DNA of 64,000 bases, taken from NCBI GenBank assembly GCA_963779615.1, contig CAVZZA010000003.1, positions 800,001 through 864,000 on the forward strand, given 5' to 3'. Shown here in pieces: positions 11,654 through 22,081 of the stretch. Position 1 is the first letter of the stretch; each line of letters begins with the position of its first letter. The notes under the pieces were generated by a model that saw only the letters and a list, made by a program, of their open reading frames with translations, ran no database searches and was not told the DNA's origin. The position numbers were made by a program, and so were the translations under genes. Source of the stretch: an uncultured Nitrososphaeraceae archaeon. Its GTDB lineage: Archaea > Thermoproteota > Nitrososphaeria > Nitrososphaerales > Nitrososphaeraceae.

Positions 11654-12121
11654 ATGCCATTTAATCGGATTCTTGTACCTTTTGATGCCTCGGAATTGTC
11701 AATCAAGTCAATAGAACAAGCAATAGAATTATCCAGGGAAAATCAAACGCAGGTTTTTATTCTCCATGTAATTAGAGAAATACCTTTTTCAACACGTTTT
11801 TCGAGAATAGAACTAAGAAATCAGGAGGTTGTTATTTCGCCACATTCTAAAAAGGTGTATGATGAATTGAGAGATGATATGAATTTAACTCTTGAAGAAC
11901 AGAAAAAGAAATATGGCAGATATAAAATATCTATTAGTACAGAAATTAGAATAGGTGAACCAGCAGAAATAATTGTAGAATTTACCAAACAGAATAACAT
12001 TGATCTTATCATTATGGGGAGTATCGGATTAAAAGGAATTTCAGGAATGATAAAAAAATTGGGAAGTATTGCAAGGCAAGTAGCAGAAGAAGTTACCTGT
12101 CCAGTATTGATAATGAGATGA
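11654..12121 (+). CDS. Universal stress protein (UspA family)
   Basis: RILVPFDAS, GEPAEIIV, DLIIMGSIG, LGSIARQVAEEVTCPVLIMR. Confidence 0.95.
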   Translation: MPFNRILVPFDASELSIKSIEQAIELSRENQTQVFILHVIREIPFSTRFSRIELRNQEVVISPHSKKVYDELRDDMNLTLEEQKKKYGRYKISISTEIRIGEPAEIIVEFTKQNNIDLIIMGSIGLKGISGMIKKLGSIARQVAEEVTCPVLIMR

Positions 12122-12478
12122 TAATCATTAATTAGGTTATGACTACGTAAATGTAATTGAACTATTGTTTTAGAGATGCTTATCTGCATGATCAATCTGT
12201 TTTCTAATGATGTTTATCATCTATTCAAAAATTCAATAGATGTAAATCTTAATGTCATCATTATTCAGGCATGCCGCTATATACGTCAGTACATTAATGT
12301 CTTTGGACTCTTCGTTTACGTTCTCCTTTTTAATACCCATTTTGAACTGCATTTAATGCATTGTTGTATCATCTTTAGGTATTTTTATATGAAAATAAAA
12401 TTCTCGCAAAGGATAATAATAGAAAAATATATAATTGTTGATGGCGATTCTCAAAAACTTTATATTGTCTGTTTTTTG

Positions 12479-12958
12479 ATGGCTACGCTTTGTCTTTTGC
12501 TTATGGTTTTAGCAGCGTTATGGCTGTCCCGCCTGATCTTATCAAAGGAAACTATGACTTTGGACCCATTTTGTGGGTACAGGATGACAAGCAAGGCAAT
12601 ACAGCATGGCTTCTTTTTGGAACATGGAATCTAACCTAAATAACCAAACAAACAGCGAAACCATAACTCTTTGGGTGTATCTAATGCCACAATTGATATG
12701 GTTAAACCTGATGGAACAATGAAACACACCCATGCACTAACTAATTTTGTATTGTCTAATTCCTCAAACACAAATAGCAATACAACTGTATACAACGGAA
12801 CATTCACTATAAGTTTGAAGGTCCCGGTTAATGAAGTCCCTACAAGCATAAAAGTGATGAATAAAGGCGTGTTGAGCCTCTAGTTGAACCCTGAAAGTGT
12901 AAAGGATCGCTTTGGAGGTAATTTGATATGCGATACAATATCCAATACATCTGATTAA
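12479..12958 (+). pseudogene. Secreted hypothetical protein remnant (family I recognise as common in Nitrososphaeraceae)
   Basis: Hydrophobic leader, then fragments QGNTAWLLFGTW, DMVKPDGTMKHTH, YNGTFTI, VPTSIKVMN, RFG, split by stops and frameshifts. Confidence 0.6.
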
Positions 12959-13082
12959 GCCAATGGTTTTGGAAATAGATAACACAATTTAATACTATTA
13001 TTTAATATTTCAATTGAGCATTCTTTTAATTTTTTCCTTTTTGAACCAATAAAGTATTTAGATATTTAATTTAAGGATAAAC

Positions 13083-13275
13083 GGGCTTTTCATCTAACGA
13101 TTTTCTACTCCTTGTTGTGAAAATCTGCGAAAAGATGAGCCAGTTTATGACATTTTTTAGTTTGCATTTCTTTCTTCTGCACGGAAAATAGTCATCAAAG
13201 CATTCGGTCCTATCCTTCAAGTATTGCAGTCCTCTCAATGATGCCTTTTTCATAAGGGAATGCAGATGATGGTTT
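13083..13275 (-). mobile_element. IS6-family remnant (transposase C-terminus and one end)
   Basis: YLKDRTECFDDYFPCRRKKCKL is homologous to the C-termini at 24390-24520 and 38790-38920. GGGCTTTTCATCTAA resembles their IR. Confidence 0.85.
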
Positions 13276-13346
13276 TATGTATTGTAGATGGTAACAGGAT
13301 TATATCATGTGACTAAGAAAAGGATTTTGTTGTAAGTCATGTGTTT

Positions 13347-13790
13347 TTACAAAGCACCAATCTGCTTCATCAAGCCTGCCAAATCATAGAAAAGTTTCTC
13401 TTCTACAATTTCCTCATTCTTCAATGTACAACCGTGCAAAACTCTGTCTGAAACCTTTTATTTGTGGGTTGAATCATCCATCCATCAAAACCCTTCATTG
13501 GACCTTTGAATGTTCCTGTAAAATTGGTTATCGAAAATGTCCAGTCACCTTGGCCAACTAATACCTTCTATGGGTCATTATCATTACGGTTGTCTGGAAA
13601 AGCCTTGAAAAACTCAACAGAATTATCCTTATGATTCGATCGTCCCTTCGTTGGCTCAGGTCGACCTGGCCAGTATATCGCAAATTCCTCCGAGTGACGC
13701 TTGTTAAATGCGTCCCACTCCTGACTATTCCATGCATCATCTAGAGTTTTCATTAGCTTTAGATTTCCTTCTAGGTTTATTTGGATATGG
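13347..13790 (-). pseudogene. SnoaL-like ester cyclase remnant
   Basis: LDDAWNSQEW..FFKAFPD..DP*KVLVGQGDW..FTGTF..FCTV..EEKLFYD. One in-frame TAG (13568) and one frameshift (~13425). Confidence 0.85.
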
Positions 13791-13998
13791 TTATTGCAGA
13801 GTTGGCAACAGATAAGGTTTCACACATTGCTAATGGTTATTTTGACGATTGATGGAGATGGTGTATGTTAAAAGCATTTTTTTATATGTAAAGGAAAATA
13901 ATGGATAAGGTTGTTACCGTATGCAGTTAATTAGTATTTGCTTAGTGAGTTAATTATTATTTCTGGAATTAAATACTATTTATTCGTAATACATATAC

Positions 13999-14961
13999 TT
14001 GACTACCAGTAATTATAACAATTCTTTTACAATTAATCCTTCACTAAAAATTGATCACGTTCATCTTAGGGTTTCTGACCTAAAGGAATCTGCCAGGTTT
14101 TATCAGTCAATTTTAGGATTCAGGGTTTTAAAGGAAGACTCGGCTACAAAAACCGCCTTTCTTACTACTTCTCCTGTTGACAATCCTGAGGAAAAAGAAA
14201 AGGTATCGCCATTACTTGTTTTAACTCAGTTAGATAATGAGTATTCCTCATATCATAAAAGCATAAAAAAAGAATCTGGGCTATACCATTTTGCCCTGTT
14301 ATTGCCCGAAAGAGAATATTTAGCAGCCTTTATTCGGCACATTAAAGAAAATCTTGATTCCTCATATTTTGAGGGCATGGCAGACCATGCTGTATCTGAG
14401 TCGATTTACTTTCATGATCCAGATCATATCGGGATTGAAGTCTATAGAGACAGGTCACCATCTGAATGGATCTGGAATAACAATAAAGTTCACATGGTTA
14501 CCGAGCCTTTGGACGTGGCCGATTTGCTGACTAAACATACTGCCAAAACATGGGACGTAATGCCTCCAAGCACCACAATTGGACACGTCCATCTGCACGT
14601 GTCCAGTCTTACCAGGACACGAAGATTCTACAATGGTGTGCTTGGTCTTTATCATACCGCCTCGTGCCCTGGCGCTTATTTCTTTGCGGCTGATCGGTAT
14701 CATCATCACGTGGCAACAAACACCTGGATTGGAACAAACATTTCGCCGGCCAATAATAACGAACAGCGGGCACCAGGTCTTGATCATTATGCAATAGCAC
14801 TGCCTAATAACGATGAAGAAATAACAAGACTAAGGAATAATTTTGCTAATCTTGGAATAGGCATCGATGATAAAATGGCCGAAACTGATAAACAAAACCA
14901 TAATACCACATTTTATGTTTATGACGCAGATGGAATAAAAATACAATTACTGTTCAGATGA
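13999..14961 (+). CDS. VOC/glyoxalase protein, CatE-like (catechol 2,3-dioxygenase family)
   Basis: IDHVHLRVSDL, GLYHFALLLP, ADHAVSESIYFHDPD, IGHVHLHV, YHHHVATNTW. Confidence 0.9.
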   Translation: MTTSNYNNSFTINPSLKIDHVHLRVSDLKESARFYQSILGFRVLKEDSATKTAFLTTSPVDNPEEKEKVSPLLVLTQLDNEYSSYHKSIKKESGLYHFALLLPEREYLAAFIRHIKENLDSSYFEGMADHAVSESIYFHDPDHIGIEVYRDRSPSEWIWNNNKVHMVTEPLDVADLLTKHTAKTWDVMPPSTTIGHVHLHVSSLTRTRRFYNGVLGLYHTASCPGAYFFAADRYHHHVATNTWIGTNISPANNNEQRAPGLDHYAIALPNNDEEITRLRNNFANLGIGIDDKMAETDKQNHNTTFYVYDADGIKIQLLFR

Positions 14962-15449
14962 ATTTGTCTTTTAGAGTTTATTTGATAATTCAATTGATAA
15001 AATAACATGTGCATATGTGCAGCAGATTGGTGCATTTCAAGCGCTAGCCCATGTTCCTCTATAACCAGCATAGAGACTGTCTTAATTGTTTTTTAATGTA
15101 TGTATTACAACTGTTTATGTTTTTCTTTTTCTTGTCTATTTGATAAACCAAAATCAATATGCCACCTTTAATTATCATGCATATCCCTTTCACACAGGTC
15201 TTGTTTAGCATTAGAAAACAAAATAATTTCAGAACACAAATAGTTAGAAAATGAATCATTTCTCCAAATCTCGTATATGAAACTTCATTATTACACATCT
15301 ACTTTCCATTTATTATGACGGATTGTCATACTGCTAACATTAAGCTTAATGGAACCTCGCATCTGCTAGGCAACAGAAAGCGAGTTTGCTTTATTATGTA
15401 ATGTTTCACCGTCCAAGTAAATGGGTTGGAATGGACGGAGATAACGTGC

Positions 15450-17012
15450 CTACGGTCTAGCCGAGCCGCCACCTACATACTTGAATGCTATAAGCGAACC
15501 AGGACTCCACAATTTGGTGGTAGGGGTGATTGGACCTTCCTTCATAGCTTGCACTGGACCCATCATGTCAGTAATCACGTATAGAGTGAGGCCGTCGGGA
15601 CTAAAGGCGATGTCGCGGTAACGGTTCTCGGAGTGGAATAGTATTTCGGGGTTACCCAAAACTGCTGTTCCATTTTCTTCTAGTGCTATTTTGAAGATCT
15701 TGCCGGCCTTCAGAGTCGTCATTAGAAGGTTATTCTCCCATCCGGGAATAGCATTAGAGGTGTACAGTCGCAAGCTTGACGGTGCAACGGTTGGATAGCA
15801 GGTAGAGGCCATCTTTCCACATGTCTTGGCCTGATCTGTAAAGTTAAAGTTGCTATCTACAGTGTAGAATGTTTGGATTGGAGGTACGAAATTTGATGCA
15901 TTAAATTCACTTTCATTTTTCACAGTCACACCAGCAGGTGCGGGTGCAACATCGTTAAATTTCAACTCTTCGCAATTCTTCGCAGCAGACCAGTTATAGT
16001 ACTGATATGCTTTGTCGTCAATGTAGCCTGACACATACGGCCATCCATAGTTTCCGCCTGCTAGAAGATGATTAATTTCATCATCAGAATTATCCCCATG
16101 CTCTGAAACGTAAAGATCGCCGTTGGGACCCACCGCTATTCCCTGGGCGTTACGGTGACCATAGGTAAAGACGTGGCTTTGGACTCCGTTGATAACGGGG
16201 TTGTCTTCAGGGACGGATCCGTCTGGATTCATGCGGAGTACTTTACCCTCATATGTACTCCAGTTCTTGGCAGCGGCCTGCTGAGCAGTGGGCAGATGCT
16301 GTGCCATGTTGTTCAAACAGGCTAAAGCCATCTGGTTTTTGCCCTGATCACCTATTGTGTAGTATAGCTTGCCATCAGGACCAAATGTCATACGGCCAGA
16401 GTTATGATCACCGCTTCCCGAGAGGCCGCTGATAAGGTCTAGTGGCTGGCCAATAGTATTGGTAGTTGGGCCGTACGTGAATCTAGTGATTTTGGTTTTG
16501 AGGTCAAGTTCCTCACCACCGGAGCCTTCCTCATAGGTATAGGCAACGTAAATATAGTGCGTGTTATTAAAATTGGGGTCAAATGCCATTCCAAGGACAC
16601 CGTCCTGACCTGCGGATTGATTAACGTTAGGGATAGGCATGCTGCTGAGCTTTGTTCCGTTATTAGGATCTATCCGTATAATGTCCTTTCCTACCCGCTC
16701 CGTAATCCAGAGTGTATCATCAGGACCATAAAGAATGTTTAAAGGAGCGCTAAGGTTTCTCGCTATCACGTTGACAGAGAAGCCCTTCTCTTTCAAAAGT
16801 TGTTCGCGAGCTTGTTGTTGAGCTGGGGTTAATGTTTCGTTGACAGTTACCGGGAATGGATCCTCTCCTTGACCCATTGCTGATTGAACAATATTAATAG
16901 TGGAAAAGCCACTAAACATTGCTGGAATTACTGATAATAGTATTATTCCAAATAATACTAACGTCATAACATTATGTTTTATTTTAAATTTTACACTTTT
17001 ATGGCTTATCAA
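15450..17012 (-). CDS. Secreted PQQ-dependent glucose/sorbosone dehydrogenase (soluble GdhB-like)
   Basis: Signal/TM N-terminus; QDGVLG, HNSGR, IGDQG, YGHRNAQG, SEHG, DEIN, NYGWP, RYRD. Confidence 0.92.
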   Translation of the reverse strand: MISHKSVKFKIKHNVMTLVLFGIILLSVIPAMFSGFSTINIVQSAMGQGEDPFPVTVNETLTPAQQQAREQLLKEKGFSVNVIARNLSAPLNILYGPDDTLWITERVGKDIIRIDPNNGTKLSSMPIPNVNQSAGQDGVLGMAFDPNFNNTHYIYVAYTYEEGSGGEELDLKTKITRFTYGPTTNTIGQPLDLISGLSGSGDHNSGRMTFGPDGKLYYTIGDQGKNQMALACLNNMAQHLPTAQQAAAKNWSTYEGKVLRMNPDGSVPEDNPVINGVQSHVFTYGHRNAQGIAVGPNGDLYVSEHGDNSDDEINHLLAGGNYGWPYVSGYIDDKAYQYYNWSAAKNCEELKFNDVAPAPAGVTVKNESEFNASNFVPPIQTFYTVDSNFNFTDQAKTCGKMASTCYPTVAPSSLRLYTSNAIPGWENNLLMTTLKAGKIFKIALEENGTAVLGNPEILFHSENRYRDIAFSPDGLTLYVITDMMGPVQAMKEGPITPTTKLWSPGSLIAFKYVGGGSARP

Positions 17013-17291
17013 GGTAAAAAATCATATTAAAACAAAAATATAAAAGGATTACTTTCAGGTATTAGGCATTATGTTGTAATAATCGAGTCTTAAATCACAA
17101 GACACAAAACTAATAGGATTATACACCAATGAGACTGAAACCATTAGACGGTTAGTTGAAATAGGATAAATGGACAATCCGACAACAAACTCAAATTAGC
17201 AAGGCATCAATCCTAATGCATACTAAATTGTCTAAAAATTATCAACAGGTTTCTATATAAGTATTGAAAGTGAGAAAATAGGCATTATAAA

Positions 17292-19019
17292 ATGAAAAAT
17301 ATTGGACTCAAACGTCTTCCAAATGCTTACAAGAAAGAGAATATAGGATTAATCTCTGGACCACTATTATTTATCATTATACTTTTCTTTCCCTTTCCTC
17401 ATGATGCATCCTCAAACAATGCAAATACCGATTCGGGTAATTCACAATTTCCATTTTCTCCCCAAATTGCCTTGGGAACAATGGTATGGATGGTCATTTG
17501 GTGGGTTACCGAATGCGTACCATTAGGGTTTACAAGCCTTTTGGCGCCTTTTATTTTCATAGTTAGCGGAATTCTCACGGTTAATCAAGCATTGCCTAAA
17601 TTCTCTGATCCCATAATATGGATATTCATATCAGGCTTTGTTCTTGCTGCAGCGTTTAAGAAATGCGGGTTGGACAAGAGAATCGCGTATAAGCTTGCCA
17701 CATTCTATAAGGGAAACAATCCAAAGGTTGCCATATTCTTTATCGCATGCCTACCCGTGTTTTTACTTTCAATGACTGGATCCATAACAGCTTCCACAAC
17801 CATAGTGTTTCCTTTTGTATTGGCGTTTATGAACATTTTAAGCACACCAGTTGAATCCTCTCAAACAAACAAAAGCAATACAGATACTACAAATAACAAC
17901 AACAGCAATATTGCCGCCAGCCCTCACAAAAATGCCCCAAAAAAAGACAAAGTCAAAAAAAACACATATGCCGAGGCAAGTTTTCTTTCCTTGGGACAAG
18001 CTGCGACTGCGGGAGCAATGTTGCTTTTAATAAGTACGGCGCCCAACCTTATAGCCAAAGCTACTGTAGAAGACTTTGCACCGGGGAAAACAATCTCTTT
18101 TACAGATTGGTTTATAATAGGTTTCCCACATGCAGTTATGGGTTTGCTAATATCGTGGAATGTCATTTTCCTAATTTTAAGGCCAAAAATAGAATCTCTT
18201 TCTTCAGTTAGGTATCAGTTTAAGAATAGTTTGACTAAAATGGGTAAAATGACAACGGAAGAAAAAACAGTGTTGATGATACTGCTTGTGGCGCTGAGCC
18301 TATGGGTTGCGCCGTCACTAATAAGATCCCTTTATCCTCTTGATACCAATAACACCAACACAAATGAAAAGGCAGAGGAAAAGGGCATTTTGTTTATATT
18401 GTTGAGCAGTTTTGCAAATAATGTACCAGAATCGATTCCTGCTTTATTAATAATATTGGCAGCAGGATTAATCAGAATTAAAGGAAACAATAACAAAGAA
18501 GAAGGGACAAACAACAATTCTGCAGTAGCAAGTCATCCTATTTTAAACTGGAGTGAGATACTAAAGGCGATAGATTGGAACATCATATTTCTGTTTGGTG
18601 GCGGTTTGGTGCTGGGTCTTGGGATAGAGAACAGTGGCCTTGCGTCTTTGATGGGTGATCTGATATCAAAAAGTGTAGGAGACAATATGACAGAATTGAG
18701 CATATTTGCAATAAGTGCTATAATGGGTTTTGTGATGTCATATGCCTCATCCAACACTGCTTCTGCAGTGATAATGTGTCCTCTTGCTGCCTCTCTTGCA
18801 ATAGGTGCGGGTTTTAACCCTATTCCACCTATTATTGCAGCTGGTTTAGCGGCATCAATATCAAGTGCCATTCCTTCCACAACTCCACCTATGGCAATAG
18901 TATATTCTTCAAAGGCAGTTAGCATTTTGAACATGTTTAAGACAGGAATTATATCCGATATACTAAGGCTTGTCATTTTGATTACCATTGGTCCAATATT
19001 GATAGGTTTGGTTTACTAA
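17292..19019 (+). CDS. SLC13/DASS dicarboxylate or sulfate transporter
   Basis: WWVTECVP, GLDKRIA, STAPN, IDWNIIFLFGGG, SNTA, TTPP. Asn-rich loop insertions. Confidence 0.9.
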   Translation: MKNIGLKRLPNAYKKENIGLISGPLLFIIILFFPFPHDASSNNANTDSGNSQFPFSPQIALGTMVWMVIWWVTECVPLGFTSLLAPFIFIVSGILTVNQALPKFSDPIIWIFISGFVLAAAFKKCGLDKRIAYKLATFYKGNNPKVAIFFIACLPVFLLSMTGSITASTTIVFPFVLAFMNILSTPVESSQTNKSNTDTTNNNNSNIAASPHKNAPKKDKVKKNTYAEASFLSLGQAATAGAMLLLISTAPNLIAKATVEDFAPGKTISFTDWFIIGFPHAVMGLLISWNVIFLILRPKIESLSSVRYQFKNSLTKMGKMTTEEKTVLMILLVALSLWVAPSLIRSLYPLDTNNTNTNEKAEEKGILFILLSSFANNVPESIPALLIILAAGLIRIKGNNNKEEGTNNNSAVASHPILNWSEILKAIDWNIIFLFGGGLVLGLGIENSGLASLMGDLISKSVGDNMTELSIFAISAIMGFVMSYASSNTASAVIMCPLAASLAIGAGFNPIPPIIAAGLAASISSAIPSTTPPMAIVYSSKAVSILNMFKTGIISDILRLVILITIGPILIGLVY

Positions 19020-19434
19020 ATGAAGGAAAAAGGCTATAGTTATGTATAGATTTATCCGTATTCAAAGGGCATTTATTTTAAACAATAGAGACCAATTACA
19101 TAAACAAACTGTTTATTTATTCTATCAGCATCACAAAACATAAAACGAATAAGAATATTTTCTACCCGAGTGATATGTTTCGTCATTGGGCATTCCTAGT
19201 TTTAGGAAATGATTTTTCATTTTTTAGTTTCTTCTAGATTAGACATTGTAATTGCATGGTGATCAAGTCATGGCTTATCCAGAGTATTGGCAGTTAGAAT
19301 ATTAATACCAATCCAAGTATTTAAGGATACGTTGATAGTATCCTAAATAATAAATGACGTTGATATATGGCATAGTCTAACCCCTCAATAATACAAGAAA
19401 CAAACAGGTATCCATTTTTTTATCCTATAAAATA

Positions 19435-19790
19435 TTATTTTATTATTAATACCGGACCTTTACTATTGTGTAATACATTATGAGAGACTCCCCCTAATAA
19501 TGCCGTTTTAACCTTTCCGTGACCTATGCCTCCAATAACAATTTCACATCAAAATTACTCTTTTCACCATAATCAATCATAATGGATGCAGTGTAGCCAC
19601 CTTTTAAAAACACCACTTCAGGTTCCATATTGTATTTCTTCGATTGGTTTTTGCCAGATTCAAGAATATCTTTTGCTTCTTTCTCTAAAGATGCGATTAC
19701 AGAATGACAATTTTTTTGGGATTGGACATAAACAAACGGCGGTATTTCTAATACATATAAAACAGTTAACCAAAAGATAAAACCAAACCA
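19435..19790 (-). pseudogene. Universal stress protein remnant
   Basis: C-terminal GSIGHGKVKTALLGGVSHNVLHNSKGPVLIIK* is out of frame with the upstream LEKEAKDILE segment. N-terminus missing. Confidence 0.75.
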
Positions 19791-19809
19791 CATCAGACTA
19801 AAGTGTTAT

Positions 19810-20300
19810 AATCGCAATAGGAGCATCATAATTTCAACTATTCAGTTAATTCCATTAGCAAAAGAATATGCTTCCAAAGAAGAACGGTGGAGACAAATTC
19901 ATAAAAGATATGGCATCAGAGAACGGCAGTTTTATTCGACTGAGAAAGATAATTTCGCTTTAGAAAGTAGTTTTATTGACGAACATCTTACAAACTCTTT
20001 TATTCTTATGTTCAATGCTTTTGAACATTCATTTAGAGGCATATCTAAGGAATTTGATGATAAAATATATCCTCTCAACCCAAACTTGGGGGTTTATTTC
20101 CTAATATCATTGTCTAAACTAAATTTGTTGAATGCAGAGATGAACACATTTATAGAGATTGTCCTAGTAATTAGAAATTCAATTCATAATAACGGAATTT
20201 TCGTCGCAACTAAAGGTAATCCAGCAAAATCTTTACCCTGGAAAAATAAGACATATAATTTTTACAATGGTACCATCATTAATGTCGATGATGTTTGGCC
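19810..20300 (+). pseudogene. Truncated gene with RNSIHNNG (HEPN-like) motif
   Basis: Frame open from ~19810 with no convincing start. Contains FNAFEHSFR and IRNSIHNNGIF. 3' end runs into an antisense integrase stub. Confidence 0.5.
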
Positions 20301-20432
20301 CTCTAAACCTAAAAAATTAAAAAACCTTTCCAATCTTTTTGGATATTTTTCTCTGGTTACTGGCGACTTTAGCGCAAATAAATATAGAGACCAGACGTTT
20401 TGTTCTTGTTTGTTGTTTTGTTCTACTATCAC
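20292..20432 (-). pseudogene. Tyrosine integrase 5' stub (copy 1)
   Basis: GTG at 20432 reads VIVEQNNKQEQNVWSLYLFALKSPVTREKYPKRLERFFNFLGLEGQT, homologous to YALRSSESKRHYPKRLKVFLDYL at 27.1 kb. Confidence 0.8.
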
Positions 20433-20484
20433 CTTTTTTATACATTTTATTTTAGAACCCTCTTAAAAGAACCCGTTATAGGAA

Positions 20485-20503
20485 TGGGCCCAAGGGGGTT
20501 TGA
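20485..20503 (-). mobile_element. att-like tRNA 3'-end fragment (copy 1)
   Basis: Minus strand TCAAACCCCCTTGGGCCCA corresponds to T-loop, T-stem and acceptor strand of a GGGCCC-type tRNA. Lies 52 bp upstream of the integrase stub. Confidence 0.8.
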
Positions 20504-20904
20504 GTAAGGTAGATAAGCGGGTTCAATCAACTTTTGTACATAACTAAAAGGATTTAAATTGTGCAGATAAAGAAGTTCAATAACAATGTTAGGACACTAT
20601 AACAAACATAATTTCGTTAAAAGTCAGTAGTTATAGACAGGTCAAAGTAGAATGCGATTGAATGCTACTGTAAGACGGGATTCATGATTATACAGTCATT
20701 AGATTCTATCACATTTTTTATACGCAGTTTTGATAATAGCTTGGATACTGTCAGAAAAGAATTGAAGAAAGAATTCAAAAAAGATGGCCCTGACAAATAT
20801 TTCATGCCAAACTCTGAACAAAAATATACTTGTGTCACAAACATCCGGTATTGCTAATCTAATACATCAAATGGTGAAAAAGTTTAATTTTAGATTGGCT
20901 ATTA

Positions 20905-21054
20905 TTAAGTTGCAGTATTATCTTTTTCGGCATCGGCCTGATTGCTGTCACTTTGGGTTTCACTTACATCATATGCAGTGCTTTCTTCATCTAATGTTTC
21001 GTCTTTGAGGATTTTCTTCACCGCTTTATCCTCTGCAAAAACATCTTCACTCAT
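20905..21054 (-). CDS. Small acidic hypothetical protein
   Basis: MSEDVFAEDKAVKKILKDETLDEESTAYDVSETQSDSNQADAEKDNTAT. TATA-like TTTATAAA about 25-35 bp upstream. Confidence 0.45.
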   Translation of the reverse strand: MSEDVFAEDKAVKKILKDETLDEESTAYDVSETQSDSNQADAEKDNTAT

Positions 21055-21553
21055 TGCTGTAAATGATGAAACAAAGTATTTATAAATATCATAATCCAAG
21101 GAGATAATAACAATATCTTGCTTTAATCAATCCGTTTCATATTTATATTATAATTATTATGAATTCTGCGATTTCTCATTGTAAAATCCATATTTTTACA
21201 GCAATCAAAAAAGATGAGGGAAAATAATGCATATCCTCGGTCCGTAAATAGTTGAGCATGTGACATAGTGAGCGTGACAAATGTTCCTGTCACGTGATAA
21301 AATTAAATAAACTCTGGGGAGGAGTATGGAAAATTAATTATAATTCTGTGGACTTTAATGAAAGAAATTAAAAGAAAATGCTCATGCATCAATATAAAAA
21401 GACAACATCGATATGATTATATCTATTTATTATTAATTCTAGAGTTATGAATAACTTTGTTCTTTTTCTCTCTAGTAATAATGTACCATTTTAGAAGGTT
21501 TTATATAATTGTCACCTAAGGGATGATGACTTTGGCTTCGAAAAGTAGGGATA

Positions 21554-21570
21554 AATGCCGATATCGGTTC
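21554..21570 (+). repeat. 17-bp direct repeat with palindromic core (left copy)
   Basis: AATGCCGATATCGGTTC, identical to 23660-23676. Core CCGATATCGG is a perfect palindrome. Confidence 0.85.
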
Positions 21571-22081
21571 TCAATAAGAGATTCTACTAAATTACGTGAT
21601 ATAACCAAATTTAAAGATTATGGATTCATTTGTTATTACTCATGTGTAGTCATTTAAACTATATTAGATACCATTTTTTAGAATTCATCTGAATAACATA
21701 ATAAAAAAGGGTTGAATGAACAACAAATATTGGCCATGGCATGTTCCTTACCCTTGAACTGATGCTGTTACAATTGGCATGTTCCTTTCTGCATGCATTA
21801 CTTGAGTTACATACTGCAATACGAATCGTAAATATGTAGGTTTGTTAAGTCAACTCTTTTACATTTTCTTGGCTCATGGTTAAGTTAGATAAATCCACTT
21901 GTATCAAATAAAAAAGTCAACAAATTACTGTTAAAACAAGAATAACAAGCAAAGAGCATAGCAATCATAGTAATGTGATTGTAATTCGTGGGGATACGGT
22001 TCAAGGATGAAGATAATCCCTGAACATAGTGATGTTTTCTCGGGATTAAGGATGAAGCGCTATGTTTGAATATTCATTTTG

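Noticed and set aside
12176-12634. 152-aa ORF
   Set aside because: AT-rich intergenic read-through into the leader of a pseudogene, with no coherent protein.
13568-13570. In-frame TAG in the SnoaL gene as pyrrolysine or readthrough
   Set aside because: The same gene has a frameshift, and no pyl genes are in view.
15350-15388. Hairpin CTCGC..GCGAG downstream of the PQQ dehydrogenase
   Set aside because: A single imperfect stem with no second copy and no clear U-tract.
20008-20466. 152-aa ORF as one real gene
   Set aside because: Its last ~55 codons are the antisense of integrase stub 1, so it is a chimera.
20511-20524. 14-nt exact match AGATAAGCGGGTTC to the SRP RNA gene (59610-59623) next to att copy 1
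   Set aside because: Several 14-mer matches are expected by chance in a 64-kb self-comparison, and it does not extend.
21265-21298. Cluster of GTGACA/TGTCAC hexamers
   Set aside because: Could be an operator, but too short and irregular to support.
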